Of a DNA stretch of 64,000 nucleotides, positions 24,505 to 33,632 are shown in pieces. The position numbers and the translations under genes were made by a program. This DNA comes from Myxococcales bacterium (GTDB lineage Bacteria > Myxococcota_A > UBA9042 > JABWCM01 > BTVJ01). Where the stretch lies: the NCBI GenBank assembly GCA_045863395.1, contig BTVJ01000027.1:28549-92548 (forward strand). Reading direction: 5' to 3'. The stretch's first letter is position 1. Every line of letters begins with the position of its first letter. The notes beneath the pieces were generated by a model. It was not told the origin of the DNA and did no database searches. It saw only the letters and a program-made list of their open reading frames with translations.

Positions 24505-25440
24505 TCAGGCGGACTGGGTGAGGCGCCGGAAGATGCCCTCGAGGTCGAGCACGTCCCGGTGCAGATCGTAGATGACCCAGCGGTTGTCCACCGCGGCTCT
24601 GTAGATGTCGGGCCGCACGTCGACCCCCGGCGCGGTCTCCACCTCGATGTGGACCGTCCCGTTGGCCTTGCCGCGCTCCCGCACCGAGCGGACCCCCGGC
24701 AGCGCCCCCACGGTCGCCGCGACGGCCGCGCCGTCCACTCCGCCGAGCTGGGCCAGCACCCGCGGGTTGGTGGCCTCCCGGGCCTCCAGGTCCGCCGCGG
24801 TGCCGTCCGCGACGATGCGCCCCTGGTGGATGATCAGCAGGCGGTCGCAGGTCTGCATGACCTCGGGCAGGTTGTGCGTGGAGAGGATGATGGTCCGCTT
24901 GCGCCCGATCTCCTTGATGAGGCTGCGGATCTCGACGATCTGGTTCGGGTCGAGGCCGCTCGTGGGCTCGTCGAGGATCAGGATGGGCGGGTCGTGGATC
25001 ATGGCCTGCGCGAGCCCTACGCGCTGCTTCTGTCCCTTGGACAGGGTGCCTATCTCGCGCCCGACGAAGGCGTCGCAGCCGCACTCCTGGCAGATGCGGG
25101 CGATGGCCGCCCTGCGCTGGTCCTTCGGGATGTCCCGCATCTCGGCGACGTAGTTGAGGTAGTCGTAGACCACCATGTCGCCGTAGAGGGGCGTGGACTC
25201 GGGCAGGTAGCCGATGCGGCGGCGCACCTCGATGGGGTTCTCGAAGGCGTCGTGTCCGTCCACCGTCACCGTGCCGCTGGTGGCGCTCATGAAGCAGGTG
25301 AGGATCTTCATGGTCGTGGTCTTGCCGGCGCCGTTCGGGCCGAGGAAGCCCACGACCTGCCCCTCGGGGACCTCGAAGGAGATCCCCCGGAGCGCCTCCA
25401 CCTCTCCATAGGCCTTGCGCAGATCCTGGACCTTGATCAT
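24505..25440 (-). CDS. GldA-like ABC transporter ATP-binding protein
   Basis: GPNGAGKTT, LSKGQKQR, ILDEPTSGLD, STH. Confidence 0.93.
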   Translation of the reverse strand: MIKVQDLRKAYGEVEALRGISFEVPEGQVVGFLGPNGAGKTTTMKILTCFMSATSGTVTVDGHDAFENPIEVRRRIGYLPESTPLYGDMVVYDYLNYVAEMRDIPKDQRRAAIARICQECGCDAFVGREIGTLSKGQKQRVGLAQAMIHDPPILILDEPTSGLDPNQIVEIRSLIKEIGRKRTIILSTHNLPEVMQTCDRLLIIHQGRIVADGTAADLEAREATNPRVLAQLGGVDGAAVAATVGALPGVRSVRERGKANGTVHIEVETAPGVDVRPDIYRAAVDNRWVIYDLHRDVLDLEGIFRRLTQSA

Positions 25441-25557
25441 TGTCCCTCGCCTGGGCCGCGGGGGCCCGCTGGTCAATTCCGGGCCTTGTCAACCCGGTCG
25501 CCGGGTGTTTATTCCGCCGGTCGCGGAGCGCGAACCATAGTGCGACCTGGAGAACTG

Positions 25558-26289
25558 TCAAGCCATGTTGCGGATCGCCAGCAGCGCGCCCCCCGCCAGC
25601 AGCAGCACCAGGACCACGATGCGGAAGGTGGTCGCCGACACCCTCGCGTGGGCGCGCTCGCCGAGCAGCAACCCCAAGAGCAGCGATGGGAGGAGGGCGG
25701 CGGAGAGGGTGAGGGAGCCCGCGGTCACGAGCCCCTGGGACAGGTAGCCCACGAGCAGCACGAGCCCCAGCGCGAGCCACAGCGCGCTCAGCGTGGCCCG
25801 AAAGGCCCCCTTGTCCAGGCCCCGCCGCGAGAGCACGTAGACCACCAGGGGGCCCCCGGAGCTGAAGGCGCCGTGGACGGCGCCGGCCAGGACGAGCAGC
25901 GCGGCAGACGTGGCTCGCCCGAGGGGAGCCGGCGTGTGGCTCCTGCGCGCCAGCTCCACGACGGAGAGCGCCGTCACGAGCAGCCCGAAGGCGGCCTTGA
26001 GCGGCGCGTCGTCACCGCCCAGGGACGCGAACGCCAGGAAGCCGACCGGGAACCCCACGCCCATGAGGGGCAGCACCTCCCGCAGCAGCAGGCGCCGCGC
26101 GATGTGCCGACCGTGACGGGCGACCATCACCGTCGACAGGCAGAGGTTGACCGGCACGACGGCGGGCAGGAGCTGCTCCAGGGGCAGGAGCTGGGCCCCG
26201 AAGGCCACGGTCAGCACCGTGGAGCCGAAGCCCGTGAGGGCCTCGACGAAGAAGGCACCGGCGACGATGGCGCACAGGGCGGGCAACAT
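25558..26289 (-). CDS. TauE/SafE family membrane protein
   Basis: ALTGFGS and GAFSSGGP motifs; about 8 TM helices. Confidence 0.85.
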   Translation of the reverse strand: MLPALCAIVAGAFFVEALTGFGSTVLTVAFGAQLLPLEQLLPAVVPVNLCLSTVMVARHGRHIARRLLLREVLPLMGVGFPVGFLAFASLGGDDAPLKAAFGLLVTALSVVELARRSHTPAPLGRATSAALLVLAGAVHGAFSSGGPLVVYVLSRRGLDKGAFRATLSALWLALGLVLLVGYLSQGLVTAGSLTLSAALLPSLLLGLLLGERAHARVSATTFRIVVLVLLLAGGALLAIRNMA

Positions 26290-26401
26290 GGCGGCGCATT
26301 GTGGGGCCCGCCCCCTCCCGGCGCAAGGGCTGGCGTGGGCTGCCCGCCTGTGGCAGCTTGTCGGGCCACGAAGGCGGCTCGAAGCAAAGGAGGGTGACGT
26401 C

Positions 26402-27274
26402 GTGGCAAGGTCCCAATCCGTCGGGGGGCGGCTCGTCCGCGAGCCGCTCGTGCAGTTCCTGGCAGTCGGTGCGGCCCTGTTCGCCATCCAGTCGAGCGCC
26501 GGGGCTGACAGCGAGGACCGCCCCGCGGCGCCCGACACGCGGCTCGTGGTGGCCGCGTCCACCGTGGAGGGAATCGCGCGGGATCAGGCAGCCCGGACGG
26601 GCAGGGCGCCCCGTGACGCCGAGCTGCGGGACCTCACCGACCGCTGGGTGGACGACGAGGTGCTCTACCGGGAGGCGCTGCGCCTCGGCCTGGACAAGGG
26701 CGACCCCATCGTGCGGCGGCGCCTCGTGCAGAAGATGCAGTTCCTCTCGCAGGACCTCGCCCAGGTCGCCGAGCCCACGGACGCCGAGCTGGAGGCGTGG
26801 CTGGCCGCGCGCCCCGAGGTCCGGACGCCGGGCCGCGTGACCTTCGAGCACCTGTTCTTCTCACGGGACCGGCGGGGGGAGGTCGCCCGGGAGGACGCCG
26901 CCGTGGTGCTGCTCGCGCTCCAGGACGGGACGCGCGTGGAGGGGAAGGGCGACCCCTTCGTCCACGGCAAGCGCGCGGTCGCTCGTACCGAGGCGGACCT
27001 GGCGGCCCAGTTCGGCGCCTCCTTCGCTCGGGTGGTCTTGGAGGCCCCCGAGGGGGCGTGGTCGGGGCCCGTCGAGTCCAGCTTCGGGTGGCACGTCGTG
27101 CGCGTGACGGAGCGCTCCGACGAGCGGGCGGCGACCCTCGACGAGGTGCGGGGCCGCGTCCGGCGGGAGCTGGTCGAGGAGCGGCGCGCGAAGGCCAACC
27201 GTCAGACCGTGGAGAAGCTGCGCGGTCAGTGGGAGGTGGTCGTCGAGGCGCCTGCCTCGGGAGCGAGGCCGTGA
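26402..27274 (+). CDS. PpiC-type peptidyl-prolyl isomerase (rotamase) family protein
   Basis: REPLVQF, EVLYREALRLGLDKGDPIVRRRLVQKM, WSGPVESSFGWHVV; AAAGGAGG RBS before GTG. Confidence 0.85.
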   Translation: MARSQSVGGRLVREPLVQFLAVGAALFAIQSSAGADSEDRPAAPDTRLVVAASTVEGIARDQAARTGRAPRDAELRDLTDRWVDDEVLYREALRLGLDKGDPIVRRRLVQKMQFLSQDLAQVAEPTDAELEAWLAARPEVRTPGRVTFEHLFFSRDRRGEVAREDAAVVLLALQDGTRVEGKGDPFVHGKRAVARTEADLAAQFGASFARVVLEAPEGAWSGPVESSFGWHVVRVTERSDERAATLDEVRGRVRRELVEERRAKANRQTVEKLRGQWEVVVEAPASGARP

Positions 27275-28293
27275 GCAGCTCCTCGGGCACCCAGGGCGGG
27301 GCTCCCAGCCGCCTCTGCCTGCTGCTGGCCCTCGTCGGCACGGCGGTCGCCCCCGCCGCGGCGCTCGCCCACGCCTTCGACCCGGCGCTGCTGCACATCC
27401 GCGAGGGCGCGACGGGCACCGAGGTGGTGTGGAAGATCCCCGCCGCCCTCGGGGAGTCGCCGGAGCTGCGACCCGTCCTGCCCTGCCGCCCCGTCACGGA
27501 CGCGACCGTGGAGCCCGTGCCGCAGGGGATGCTCGAGCGGCAGATCGTCGACTGCGGGGGCCTCGCGGGCGCGACGGTGCGCGTGGAGGGGACCCCGGAG
27601 GTGCCGACGGACGTGGTCGTCCGCGTGGAGCTTGCCGACGGCCGGACCCTCAGCGCCGTGCTGCGCGACGAGCCGCGCGAGCTGGTCATCCCCACCCTGG
27701 ACGACCCGGGCGCCGTCACCTCCACATACCTGCGCCTCGGCGTGCACCACATCCTCAGCGGCTTCGATCACCTGCTCTTCGTGCTGGGGCTGCTCCTCAT
27801 CGTCGGCAGCGGCTGGTCGCTCGTGGGCACCGTCACGGCCTTCACCGTGGCGCACAGCATCACGCTGGCGCTCGCCGTGCTGGACGTGGTCCACCTGCCG
27901 TCAGCGCCGGTGGAGACGGCCATCGCCCTGTCCATCCTGCTCTTGGCCGTGGAGCTGGCCCGCCCCCGCGGTGCACCGCCGACCCTGACGGCGCGCTTCC
28001 CGTGGGTCGTCGCATTCGCCTTCGGCCTGCTCCACGGCTTCGGCTTCGCGGGGGCGCTCGGTGAGGTGGGGTTGCCGCCGGGGGAGGTGCCGCTGGCGCT
28101 CCTCTTCTTCAACCTGGGCGTCGAGGCCGGGCAGCTCCTGTTCGTCGGCGCTCTGGTCGTCGTGGCGGCGCTGCTCCGCCGCCTGAAGGCGCAGCGCCTG
28201 CTCGAGGTGTGGAGGCAGGCGGCCCCTCTGGGCATCGGTGGACTGGCAGCCTTCTGGTGCATCGAGCGGGTGTTGGGGAGCTTCGGCGTGTAG
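27271..28293 (+). CDS. HupE/UreJ family protein
   Basis: HILSGFDHLLF, AFTVAHSITL, FGLLHGFGFA, FNLGVEAGQ; overlaps the upstream stop. Confidence 0.9.
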   Translation: MSSSSGTQGGAPSRLCLLLALVGTAVAPAAALAHAFDPALLHIREGATGTEVVWKIPAALGESPELRPVLPCRPVTDATVEPVPQGMLERQIVDCGGLAGATVRVEGTPEVPTDVVVRVELADGRTLSAVLRDEPRELVIPTLDDPGAVTSTYLRLGVHHILSGFDHLLFVLGLLLIVGSGWSLVGTVTAFTVAHSITLALAVLDVVHLPSAPVETAIALSILLLAVELARPRGAPPTLTARFPWVVAFAFGLLHGFGFAGALGEVGLPPGEVPLALLFFNLGVEAGQLLFVGALVVVAALLRRLKAQRLLEVWRQAAPLGIGGLAAFWCIERVLGSFGV

Positions 28294-28294
28294 G

Positions 28295-28717
28295 TCAGGC
28301 CATCGGCGGCCCCGCGGAGGATGGGTGCCACCGCCCCGGGGCCCGGTGGGTGCTCGCCCACCGATAGAGCAGCGCCGACTCGCGCGTGGCGTGGCGCCGG
28401 ATCAGCTCCACCAGGGCGGCCGCGCGCGGGTCCGTGAGCAGGTGCAGGTCCAGCTCGACGCCCACCTCGAAGAGCAGCGCGCGGATGCGCTGGTGGTCCG
28501 CGAGGATCCAGGCAGCCTCGGCCGGGTGGTACTCGGCGAAGTCCACGAGCAGGCGGCGCTCCTCGAACTCCATGTGCGCGAGCAGGGTCTGTTCGAACAC
28601 CCTCCACCCCTCGTCCATGACCGCGCGGTCGCCGGTGTGGACCCGGTTGAGCAGCTCGTCGAACAGGTCCTCGATGTGATCGTGCTCCGCCCGCAGGCGC
28701 TCTCCGAGGTTCGTCAT
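28295..28717 (-). CDS. Hemerythrin-like (HHE) domain protein
   Basis: EHDHI, HMEFEE, DHQRI, HATRE; AGGAGG RBS. Confidence 0.8.
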   Translation of the reverse strand: MTNLGERLRAEHDHIEDLFDELLNRVHTGDRAVMDEGWRVFEQTLLAHMEFEERRLLVDFAEYHPAEAAWILADHQRIRALLFEVGVELDLHLLTDPRAAALVELIRRHATRESALLYRWASTHRAPGRWHPSSAGPPMA

Positions 28718-28790
28718 GGCGGCACCTCCTCGGTTAGTATGGGCACGGGGCCAGACCTGTCGACGGCGGGCGCCACCCGGAGGAGGAGCG

Positions 28791-29027
28791 ATGCTCGACG
28801 ACATCCCTGACGTGAGGGACGGCCTGACCCGCAAAGAGCGGGTCGTGCTGTGGGTGCTCTCGGAGACCCAGAAGGAGCTGGGAGGTCGCAACGTGCCGAC
28901 CGCCATGCTCTACGGGCGGGTGGTGGAGCACGTGGATCTGAGCGTGGACGAGCTGCAGCGCATCCTGCAGCGATTGACGGGCCTGGGGGGGGCGCACGAG
29001 CGGGGGCGGGACAGGGACGAGGACTAG
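28791..29027 (+). CDS. Small protein with a GyrA/ParC-like IPDVRDGL motif
   Basis: GGAGGAGG RBS; MLDDIPDVRDGLTRKERVVL; 78 aa. Confidence 0.7.
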   Translation: MLDDIPDVRDGLTRKERVVLWVLSETQKELGGRNVPTAMLYGRVVEHVDLSVDELQRILQRLTGLGGAHERGRDRDED

Positions 29028-30145
29028 CGCGCGGCCAGCTCCTTGTCGATCATGGCCGAGATGCCCTCGAAGTCACCCGGGTTCTGTACGCGGCTCCCGC
29101 CGATGAACAGCGTGGGCGTGCCGTTGACCCCGGCCTCCTCGCCGAGCTTCATGTCCGCGTCGATCCTGGCCCCGATGGTCGCGTCGGCCATGTCCGCCTT
29201 GTAGCGGTCCATGTCGAGGCCGAGCTTCTGGGCGTAGCCCTCCAGGTCCGTCGCCGTGAGCGCCTTCTGGTTCTCGAACATCAGGTCGTGGAACTCCCAG
29301 AACTTGCCCTGGTTCATCGCCGCCATGGACGCCTGGGCTGCGGGCTTGGCGTTCTGGTGGAACGGCAGCGGGTAGTGGCGGAACACGAAGCGCACCGATG
29401 ACGAGCCGTACTTCTCCTTGATCTGCTTCGCGGTCTTGGCGGCGATGGAGCAGTACGGGCACTCGAAGTCCGAGAACTCGACGATGGTGACCTGCGCGTC
29501 GGCCGGCCCGAAGGACGGCGCGCCGGGAGCCGTCAGCTTCGTGAGGACCTCTGGCGCCAGCGGCTGGTTGGCCTTCTCCATCTGCTGGAGCTCTGCGAGG
29601 ACCTTCGGGTATTCGGTCATCATCGTCGCGCACCTGTCCGGCGGGAAGGAGGGCGTCTTCTCCTTGACCATGGCGCAGGTCTGCGTGTCCTTGCCCAGGT
29701 CGTTGCAGAGCTTCTCCGCCAGCTCCGTGCACTTGCCCTTCAGCTCGCCGAGCTTGGCCACGGTGCCCGCCATGTCGGCGAGGCCTGCCGCGCAGGCCGA
29801 GGGGGCCATGATCTGCGTCGCCGAGGTGAACGCGCCGCAGGCCTCCGACTGCTCGCCGGCCTCCTTGCAGATGGCCTCCTTGTACTTCGCGCACGCGCCC
29901 GGGTCGGCCGCCGCCGACACGGTGCCGCCCGCCGCCGGAGCGCCCGCCGCCGGAACGCCCGCCGCCGGAGCCCCTGCCGCCGGAGCCCCTGCCGCCGGAG
30001 CCCCTGCCGCCGGAGCGCCCGCCGCCGGAGCCCCTGCCGCCGGAGCGCCCGCTGCCGGAGCCGCGTTGTCCTTGCCCTGCCCGCAGGCGCCCAGCAGGAG
30101 CGCCGCCAGCAGTCCGATCCCGCCCTTCAGTCCTGGATTCGCCAT
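29024..30145 (-). CDS. DsbA/thioredoxin-family lipoprotein
   Basis: Lipobox LGAC; EFSDFECPYC, FRHYPL, GVNGTPT. Confidence 0.9.
   Translation of the reverse strand: MANPGLKGGIGLLAALLLGACGQGKDNAAPAAGAPAAGAPAAGAPAAGAPAAGAPAAGAPAAGVPAAGAPAAGGTVSAAADPGACAKYKEAICKEAGEQSEACGAFTSATQIMAPSACAAGLADMAGTVAKLGELKGKCTELAEKLCNDLGKDTQTCAMVKEKTPSFPPDRCATMMTEYPKVLAELQQMEKANQPLAPEVLTKLTAPGAPSFGPADAQVTIVEFSDFECPYCSIAAKTAKQIKEKYGSSSVRFVFRHYPLPFHQNAKPAAQASMAAMNQGKFWEFHDLMFENQKALTATDLEGYAQKLGLDMDRYKADMADATIGARIDADMKLGEEAGVNGTPTLFIGGSRVQNPGDFEGISAMIDKELAAR
29931..30062 (-). repeat. 15-bp tandem repeat, about 9 copies (PAAGA linker)
   Basis: gccgccggagc[gc]cc[ct] units inside the DsbA gene. Confidence 0.9.
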
Positions 30146-30258
30146 GTTCCGTACATCTCCTGGATGGTTTCTCGCGCCGCGCTCCCTCCTCGGGGCGCCG
30201 GAGCCGCGACACTATGCTCCCGCCGCCCGAGAAAAGCACGCGCGAATCGCGGCGGACC

Positions 30259-33200
30259 TCACGGCCCGGCGCACCCGCTGAGCGCGGCGCACTCGGTGGC
30301 GCAGCGGCTGGCGCACGCGGCGTCCCAGGCGATGTAGCAGCAGAACACGTCCGCCTCGCACACGCAGGCCTCGCACGGGCAGCCGTCGCACCCGGCCCCC
30401 TCCAGAGGCGTGCAGCCCTCGGCGGGGACAGGCACGCACGACCCCGACGCGCAGGCGTTGCCGTCCGCGCAGTCGCCGCAGGACGCGCCGCAGCCGTCGT
30501 CACCGCACTCCTTGCCCTTGCACCCGCAGCCGCCACACTCGGCCCCCTTGTCGTCGCAGCAGTCGTGGAGGCTCGCGCACAGGGCGTCGCAGTAGCACCC
30601 GCCGGGGGACATGCCACCGCACTGGCTCTTGCAGGTCGGGTCGGCGTTCTTGCAGATGGCGGCGTAGTCCGGGCAGCAGTCGCCGTACCCGGTGCAGGCG
30701 TTGTCGCACCAGCAGCCTGCGGGGGACTGGCCCCCGCAGGCGCCCTCGCACGACGCCGGCGGCGGGCCGGCGGCGCACAGGGCGGCGTAGTCGGGGCAGC
30801 AGTCGCCGTACCCGGTGCAGGCGTCGTCGCACCAGCACCCGTCCGGTGACTGGCCGCCGCACGCGCCGGCGCACGAGGGCAGCGGCATGACGCAGGCGCC
30901 CCCGTCGCAGGACGCGCCGTCGGGGCAGGCGCCGCAGCTCCCGCCGCAGCCGTCGTCGCCGCAGAGCTTCGCGGCGCAGTCGGGGACGCAGGCGGCCAGG
31001 GGGGCGGCGAGGGGAGCCGCCTTCGGTGCGCCCGGGGCCTCCTCGCAGATCAGGCGCCGCGGGACGGCGCAGTCGAGATCGTTCCAGGCGCCGTTCGCGT
31101 ACATCTCGGTGCAGTCCTCGTTGCCGCCCCAGTCGTTGGGTTCACCCCCGGCGAAGCCCCAGAAGCCCGGCGTGGTGCCGTTCACCCACACGAACACGCC
31201 CTCGGTGGCCAGGTCGGACAGGCCGATCCAGTGGCTGTTGGAGGCGACCCCGGGAGCATTGGTCCGCAGCCAGTCGCGCTCCTGCACCGTCTCGATGGAC
31301 ACCAGGTCCGCGCCGAGGGCCTGGCAGTGCTCCCGGCCCGCCTGCCAGGAGCGCGGGGTCGTGCACACCAGGTAGCGCGTCGCGCCCCAGTACACCTCGG
31401 TCCAGTCGGGGCAGCCCGCGCCGTCATCTGCGACGCCGCTACAGTCCTGGTCGACGCCGTCGCCACAGAGGTCCTCCGCGCCGGGGTGGATGCTCGGGTC
31501 CCCATTGTCGCAGTCCGACGTGCACGGGTAGCCGTCCCCGTCGGGGTCCGGCGAGCCCGACACCAGGCACGAGAACGTGTTGCTCGCGTCCGCCTGCCGC
31601 TTCGCCAGGAAGTCGACGGTCCCCTGCACCGCGGAGGCGACCTGTGCCGTGCTGTATGGCTTGCGCGGGTCCGCCTCCACCCAGGGCTTGAGGAAGGCCG
31701 CCACCGACTTGGCGTACGCTCCGAGGTGCAGCGGAGGCACTGCGGCCACCAGCGTCGCCATCTGCTGGTCGTAGGCTTGCCGGCACGGCCAGGTCTCCAT
31801 GCACCGCTTGAACAGCAGGCCGTTGCCCCCGTGGAAGTCCAAGTGGGAGCCGAAGGTCTGGTCCGTGCCGCTGGTCAACATGGCGAAGCGCCCGTCCGCG
31901 TCGCTGTGCAGGTAGTAGTTGTTGATGGTCGGCGCGTAGCCGTCCCAGTGGCCCGTGTAGATCTCCGCCGCCCACAGCAGGCGCAGCTCGTCCAGGTCGG
32001 CGACCGCCCCCACCGCGTCGAGCCACGCCTGGCCTGCCGGCTTGGCGGCCGCCGCGATCAGCGCCTCCAGGTCCGACAGGTCCGTGGCGTCCCCCTCGTC
32101 CAGGTCGAACTGCGGCGCGGCCCCAGGCGTCACGTCCAGCCCATAGCCGCCTTCGTACAGGTGCTGCGTCGAGGGAAAGTGCTTGGCGGTGAACACGTCG
32201 TCGTAGGTCTCCAGGTTGAGATAGAGGCCGTAGTCGCGGTTGTTGAGCCGCACCCAGGCGTAGCCCGTCCGTGAGGCGGGCAGCCCGACCTCCCGCATCA
32301 ACGCGTAGGACAGGACCTCATGCACCATGGAGGTGTCCTGCACCATGTTGTTGAGGGTCAGCTTCTTGAGCCCGATCCACTTGGTGCCCTTGACCTTGTG
32401 GTTGAACTTGACCTTGAAGGCCGCCTTCTCGTTCAGCGTGCGGAAAGAGCCGATGCGCCCCTTGAGCCGCACACCGACGTCCAACACGGGCGACGTGTAC
32501 CCGTCCAGAGTGACCCGGATGCGCCCGTCCACATAGGTGTACGGGTCCTGCCACAGCGCCTTGAGGCCGGCGGCGTCCACCCACAGGTCCACCTCGGCGA
32601 CCCGCATGGGGTCGTAGAGCACGGCCTGCAGGTCCACCAGCGGCTCGTTGAGCGCGCCGGGGGTCGGCGACGTCTCCGTCCACGGGCCCGCGCCGTCGGG
32701 CAGGCGGCCCAGCGTCGCGCCGTCGGGGAGCACCGGCACCGCGACCTGGTCCAGGGTGCTGCCGTCCGGCCCGAGGAGCCAGATGGTGTCATCTCCGCAC
32801 TTGATACCGAAGGGGAGGCCGCCAGCGCCGCCGGGCACGAGGAGCAGGCCCTCCTCGGACGTCACGCTGCCAGCCGGCAGGGTCCAGGTCTTGGAGGCGT
32901 CCCCCGGGGCATCGGACAGTCTGAGGCCCCCGAGGTCGACGCCAGGAGCCGCGGCCAGCTCGATCCAATCGTCCCCCGAGCACTGGACCTCGTTGAGGGT
33001 CGCCTCCGGGGGCGCAGCGGTGTCGCCACCGGCGTCGGTCGCCTCCGTGGCGTCGCTGGCGTCCTCGCTGCCCCCGACGTCGCCAAGGGCGTCGCCAAGG
33101 GCGTCGCCGCCAGGAGCGTCGCCCGCGCTGTCGCCCGGAGCGTCCCCCGCGTCGTCGCCCGTGGGCGTGTCCGCTGCCTCTCCATCTGCGAGGTCGCTGT

Positions 33201-33441
33201 CAGGCAGAGTCGCGCCGGTGTCCCCGTCGCTAGCGCCCCCGGCGCCGGCGTCGCTGATCGCTGCACCGTCCTGCTCCGGCGCGCTGTCCCAGGCGCCGAG
33301 GTCCGCCGGCGCAGCCGAGCCGTCGCCCGGAGGCCCCTCGGCGTCCCCTACGTCGTCTCCACCCGCCACCCCCTCGGGTGCCCCCGCGTCGTCACCGCAG
33401 CCCAAGAGCACCACCACCGCGCACCACACCAGCCTTCGCAC
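30259..33441 (-). CDS. CotH kinase family lipoprotein with lamin-tail, MopE-like, C-type lectin and Cys-rich domains
   Basis: LLGC lipobox; NEVQ..DWIEL...TPGALN (LTD); GVRLKG, KKLTLNN, YGLYLNLE, HWDGY..NNYYL (CotH); WIGLSD...EPNDWGGNEDC..WNDLDC (CTL); CWCDxxCxxYGDCCPDY. Confidence 0.85.
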   Translation of the reverse strand: MRRLVWCAVVVLLGCGDDAGAPEGVAGGDDVGDAEGPPGDGSAAPADLGAWDSAPEQDGAAISDAGAGGASDGDTGATLPDSDLADGEAADTPTGDDAGDAPGDSAGDAPGGDALGDALGDVGGSEDASDATEATDAGGDTAAPPEATLNEVQCSGDDWIELAAAPGVDLGGLRLSDAPGDASKTWTLPAGSVTSEEGLLLVPGGAGGLPFGIKCGDDTIWLLGPDGSTLDQVAVPVLPDGATLGRLPDGAGPWTETSPTPGALNEPLVDLQAVLYDPMRVAEVDLWVDAAGLKALWQDPYTYVDGRIRVTLDGYTSPVLDVGVRLKGRIGSFRTLNEKAAFKVKFNHKVKGTKWIGLKKLTLNNMVQDTSMVHEVLSYALMREVGLPASRTGYAWVRLNNRDYGLYLNLETYDDVFTAKHFPSTQHLYEGGYGLDVTPGAAPQFDLDEGDATDLSDLEALIAAAAKPAGQAWLDAVGAVADLDELRLLWAAEIYTGHWDGYAPTINNYYLHSDADGRFAMLTSGTDQTFGSHLDFHGGNGLLFKRCMETWPCRQAYDQQMATLVAAVPPLHLGAYAKSVAAFLKPWVEADPRKPYSTAQVASAVQGTVDFLAKRQADASNTFSCLVSGSPDPDGDGYPCTSDCDNGDPSIHPGAEDLCGDGVDQDCSGVADDGAGCPDWTEVYWGATRYLVCTTPRSWQAGREHCQALGADLVSIETVQERDWLRTNAPGVASNSHWIGLSDLATEGVFVWVNGTTPGFWGFAGGEPNDWGGNEDCTEMYANGAWNDLDCAVPRRLICEEAPGAPKAAPLAAPLAACVPDCAAKLCGDDGCGGSCGACPDGASCDGGACVMPLPSCAGACGGQSPDGCWCDDACTGYGDCCPDYAALCAAGPPPASCEGACGGQSPAGCWCDNACTGYGDCCPDYAAICKNADPTCKSQCGGMSPGGCYCDALCASLHDCCDDKGAECGGCGCKGKECGDDGCGASCGDCADGNACASGSCVPVPAEGCTPLEGAGCDGCPCEACVCEADVFCCYIAWDAACASRCATECAALSGCAGP

Positions 33442-33632
33442 CGCTCACCTCCGGGGCCTCGTCGATCTCCCTGCGGACCCTCACCCTACCACAGTGCGCG
33501 GCGCCATTCCGCCACTCCAGCGTCGGGTCCATGGTGGCACTCCCCGTGGGGAGCGCCCCGCGCCACCCAACCCAGGCCAGAGCCTCGGAGACCCGACGGA
33601 GGCCAGCGATCCTCTCGTAGTGGGCGGAGCCG

